Assembly (NCBI GenBank): GCA_040876345.1 | Contig: JBBDPM010000006.1 | Span: 136,803 to 180,430 of the forward strand | Length of the DNA: 43,628 nt | Reading direction: 5' to 3' | Source of the DNA: Candidatus Woykebacteria bacterium | GTDB taxonomy: Bacteria > Patescibacteriota > Microgenomatia > Woykebacterales > RBG-16-39-9b | Position numbers and translations under genes: made by a program | The notes under the pieces: generated by a model | What the model was told of the DNA's origin: nothing | Seen by the model: only the letters and a program-made list of their open reading frames with translations | The model's database searches: none | In this document: piece by piece, positions 42,232 to 43,628 of the stretch | Position numbering within the stretch: the first letter of the stretch is position 1 | How the letters are laid out: the number at the start of each line of letters is the position of its first letter

Positions 42232-42773
42232 TAATTTTTAACCTTTGCCTCGATATTAAATGAATAGTCTGATCCAGAAATTTTATCCACGGATACCAAA
42301 GTTGGGGATTCAAACTCAGCTGACTTTTCTTGTAAAACCTCAAAAAATTGGTATACGCTCGCTACTTCCCCTTTACCAGAAATCTTCAGCTTTCCTTCCT
42401 TATCAACTGCAAGATTATCAAGAACAATGCCTTTTGGTACGGTTGACCTAATTTTCTCTATGTACTTATCAATAGATGAATTCGAAAGGTAAGTCTGGTA
42501 AACACTTAGCTTAGTTTTTACCTTTTTAAGATTAGATAATACAGGCGCAAATTGTTGCCACTGGGAGTTTTTCTCCTGAATCTCAGTAGAAAGCCTGCTT
42601 TGGGTGTTCTTGTCACGAGCCTCCAAAACAGCAAAAAAAGAATAGACTACTACCCCTAAACCGACCAAAACGGCAAAGCTAGAAATTATAATAATTGCAA
42701 TATTCCTATTGCGGGCGGCTCTCTCTTCTTCAGGTATTAAGTTAATATCTTTACTTTTACCAAATGGCCACAT
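42231..42773 (-). CDS. pilN: PilN-like bitopic protein (copy 1)
   Basis: MWPFGKSKDINLIPEEERAARNR followed by a TM helix and a coiled coil; paralogous to 40780-41334. Confidence 0.6.
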   Translation of the reverse strand: MWPFGKSKDINLIPEEERAARNRNIAIIIISSFAVLVGLGVVVYSFFAVLEARDKNTQSRLSTEIQEKNSQWQQFAPVLSNLKKVKTKLSVYQTYLSNSSIDKYIEKIRSTVPKGIVLDNLAVDKEGKLKISGKGEVASVYQFFEVLQEKSAEFESPTLVSVDKISGSDYSFNIEAKVKN

Positions 42774-42837
42774 GGCAGTTTATGTTAAAATAATCGTAAC
42801 AAAGTATCAGTTCAATTTGCAAACTTAGCTGATCATC

Positions 42838-43494
42838 TTAGGGTATCCGCTTCGGCTTTCCAGTCGGGTTAGAGCCTGGTGGTGAACTCCCACCTGAATC
42901 TCCTACTGAGTCTGACCCCCCGTCGTTTGAGCTGTCTCCTCCATCCCCACCACTTCCATCACCAGAGCCTTGCGTTGGGTCTTCATTATCGGCTTGCCCA
43001 TCGTTATCGTCATCGGAATCATCAGTATTATTTATCCCATCACCGTCAATATCAGAATCGTCTGAATCCTCCACACCATCATTGTCAAAATCATAGGGGT
43101 TTTGGTCAGAACTGTTTGCAACAGTGTCGTTATCACTATCGAAATCATTAGCATCGTTCACGCCATCATTATCATGATCATAGGGAAAAGTGTCGGAAGA
43201 GTCGCTCTTGCCATCCCCATCATCATCCAAGTCTTGAGAGTCGGCTTGTCCATCATTATCATGATCTTCTGGATATGTATCAGCGCTATTTAAAACCCCA
43301 TCTCCATCCTTATCATCGGCAGTTACTGAGGGATTTGGCTTCTGGTCTGACGTCTCCTCTTTAGGCTTCCCGCTTTCTGATTGCAAAAGTACCATCGAGA
43401 GAGCAAACAAAACTATCAGCAACATCGCCGCGCCGGCAACGATAACAATTTTTTTGTCCTCAGGAAGTTTTTTAAATTTCTTTAATATATTCAT
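42838..43494 (-). CDS. membrane-anchored protein made of thrombospondin type-3-like calcium-binding repeats
   Basis: A TM helix (IVIVAGAAMLLIVLFALSMVLL) is followed by repeated D-x-D-x-D-G-x-x-D units (DKDGDGVLNSAD, DHDNDGQADSQD, DDDGDGKSDSSD, DHDNDGVNDAND, DFDNDGVEDSDD, DIDGDGINNTDD, DDDNDGQADNED). ATG at 43494 overlaps the upstream stop (TAATG); an alternative GTG lies at 43509. Confidence 0.7.
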   Translation of the reverse strand: MNILKKFKKLPEDKKIVIVAGAAMLLIVLFALSMVLLQSESGKPKEETSDQKPNPSVTADDKDGDGVLNSADTYPEDHDNDGQADSQDLDDDGDGKSDSSDTFPYDHDNDGVNDANDFDSDNDTVANSSDQNPYDFDNDGVEDSDDSDIDGDGINNTDDSDDDNDGQADNEDPTQGSGDGSGGDGGDSSNDGGSDSVGDSGGSSPPGSNPTGKPKRIP

Positions 43495-43628
43495 TATTTT
43501 TCTTGCCACCCAAGAATACTATAATTGCCAATTTTTGGAAAATACGGAGGTGGTTCTAAAGTCAGGTTTTGATCGTAAGTTATCGTTCTATACTGATATC
43601 CGCTATCGCATGGATCCGAAAGAACCCA
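43494..43628 (-). CDS. 3' end of an unidentified upstream gene (partial, runs off the window)
   Basis: An open frame runs from the window edge (..SDPCDSGYQYRTITYDQNLTLEPPPYFPKIGNYSILGWQEK) to a TAA that overlaps the next ATG. Confidence 0.3.
   Translation of the reverse strand, partial: WVLSDPCDSGYQYRTITYDQNLTLEPPPYFPKIGNYSILGWQEK

Noticed and set aside
1-43628. CRISPR arrays, insertion sequences or prophage blocks.
   Set aside because: I saw no regularly spaced direct repeats, no transposase, integrase, terminase or capsid-like ORFs, and no long terminal inverted repeats. The only repeats found are homopolymers, short palindromes and paralogous genes.

Overview
The window reads as a compact, AT-leaning (roughly 40% GC by eye) small-genome bacterium. 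The gene content is what I would expect from a Patescibacteria/CPR-like episymbiont, but that placement is inference only. It includes streamlined housekeeping operons, pilN/pilO pieces, cohesin/dockerin surface proteins, many tiny membrane proteins and patchy biosynthesis. Recognisable housekeeping genes are hisS, rpmE-prfA-prmC, htrA, a fused purC-purE, purB, a lone argB, ctpA, rpsF-ssb-rpsR, ychF, a DEAD-box helicase, a MacB-type ABC pair and a PQQ-type sugar dehydrogenase. Accessory content includes an AbrB/Doc toxin-antitoxin pair, DUF-type small proteins, two decayed genes and two paralogous small coiled-coil genes. I recognised no rRNA, tRNA, CRISPR array, transposase, integrase or reverse transcriptase. 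The main leads are as follows. (1) At 3.6-11.7 kb, an orphan TraD/VirD4-type membrane ATPase sits in an operon with an HExxH peptidase and a disordered P/Q-rich protein. This operon converges on a 1078-aa giant membrane protein; two of the proteins share an N-terminal MxIPAQ motif, and a small HTH gene is transcribed divergently from a shared palindromic -35. (2) Four GC-elevated monocistronic islets have strong GGAGG ribosome-binding sites and their own hairpins; three to four of them carry a sigma-70 region-4-like HTH, and two have 5'-end/3'-end complementarity. (3) A ~0.4 kb insert of very high GC3 carries its own terminator. (4) A cohesin gene lies next to two double-dockerin genes. (5) A metazoan-PAICS-like purC-purE fusion is present. 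(6) A tandem pilN-pilO duplication sits behind a thrombospondin-type-3 repeat protein. (7) At least 11 genes have a -10 box 6-10 nt from the start codon, suggesting leaderless mRNAs. All family assignments come from motif recognition by eye; no searches were run.
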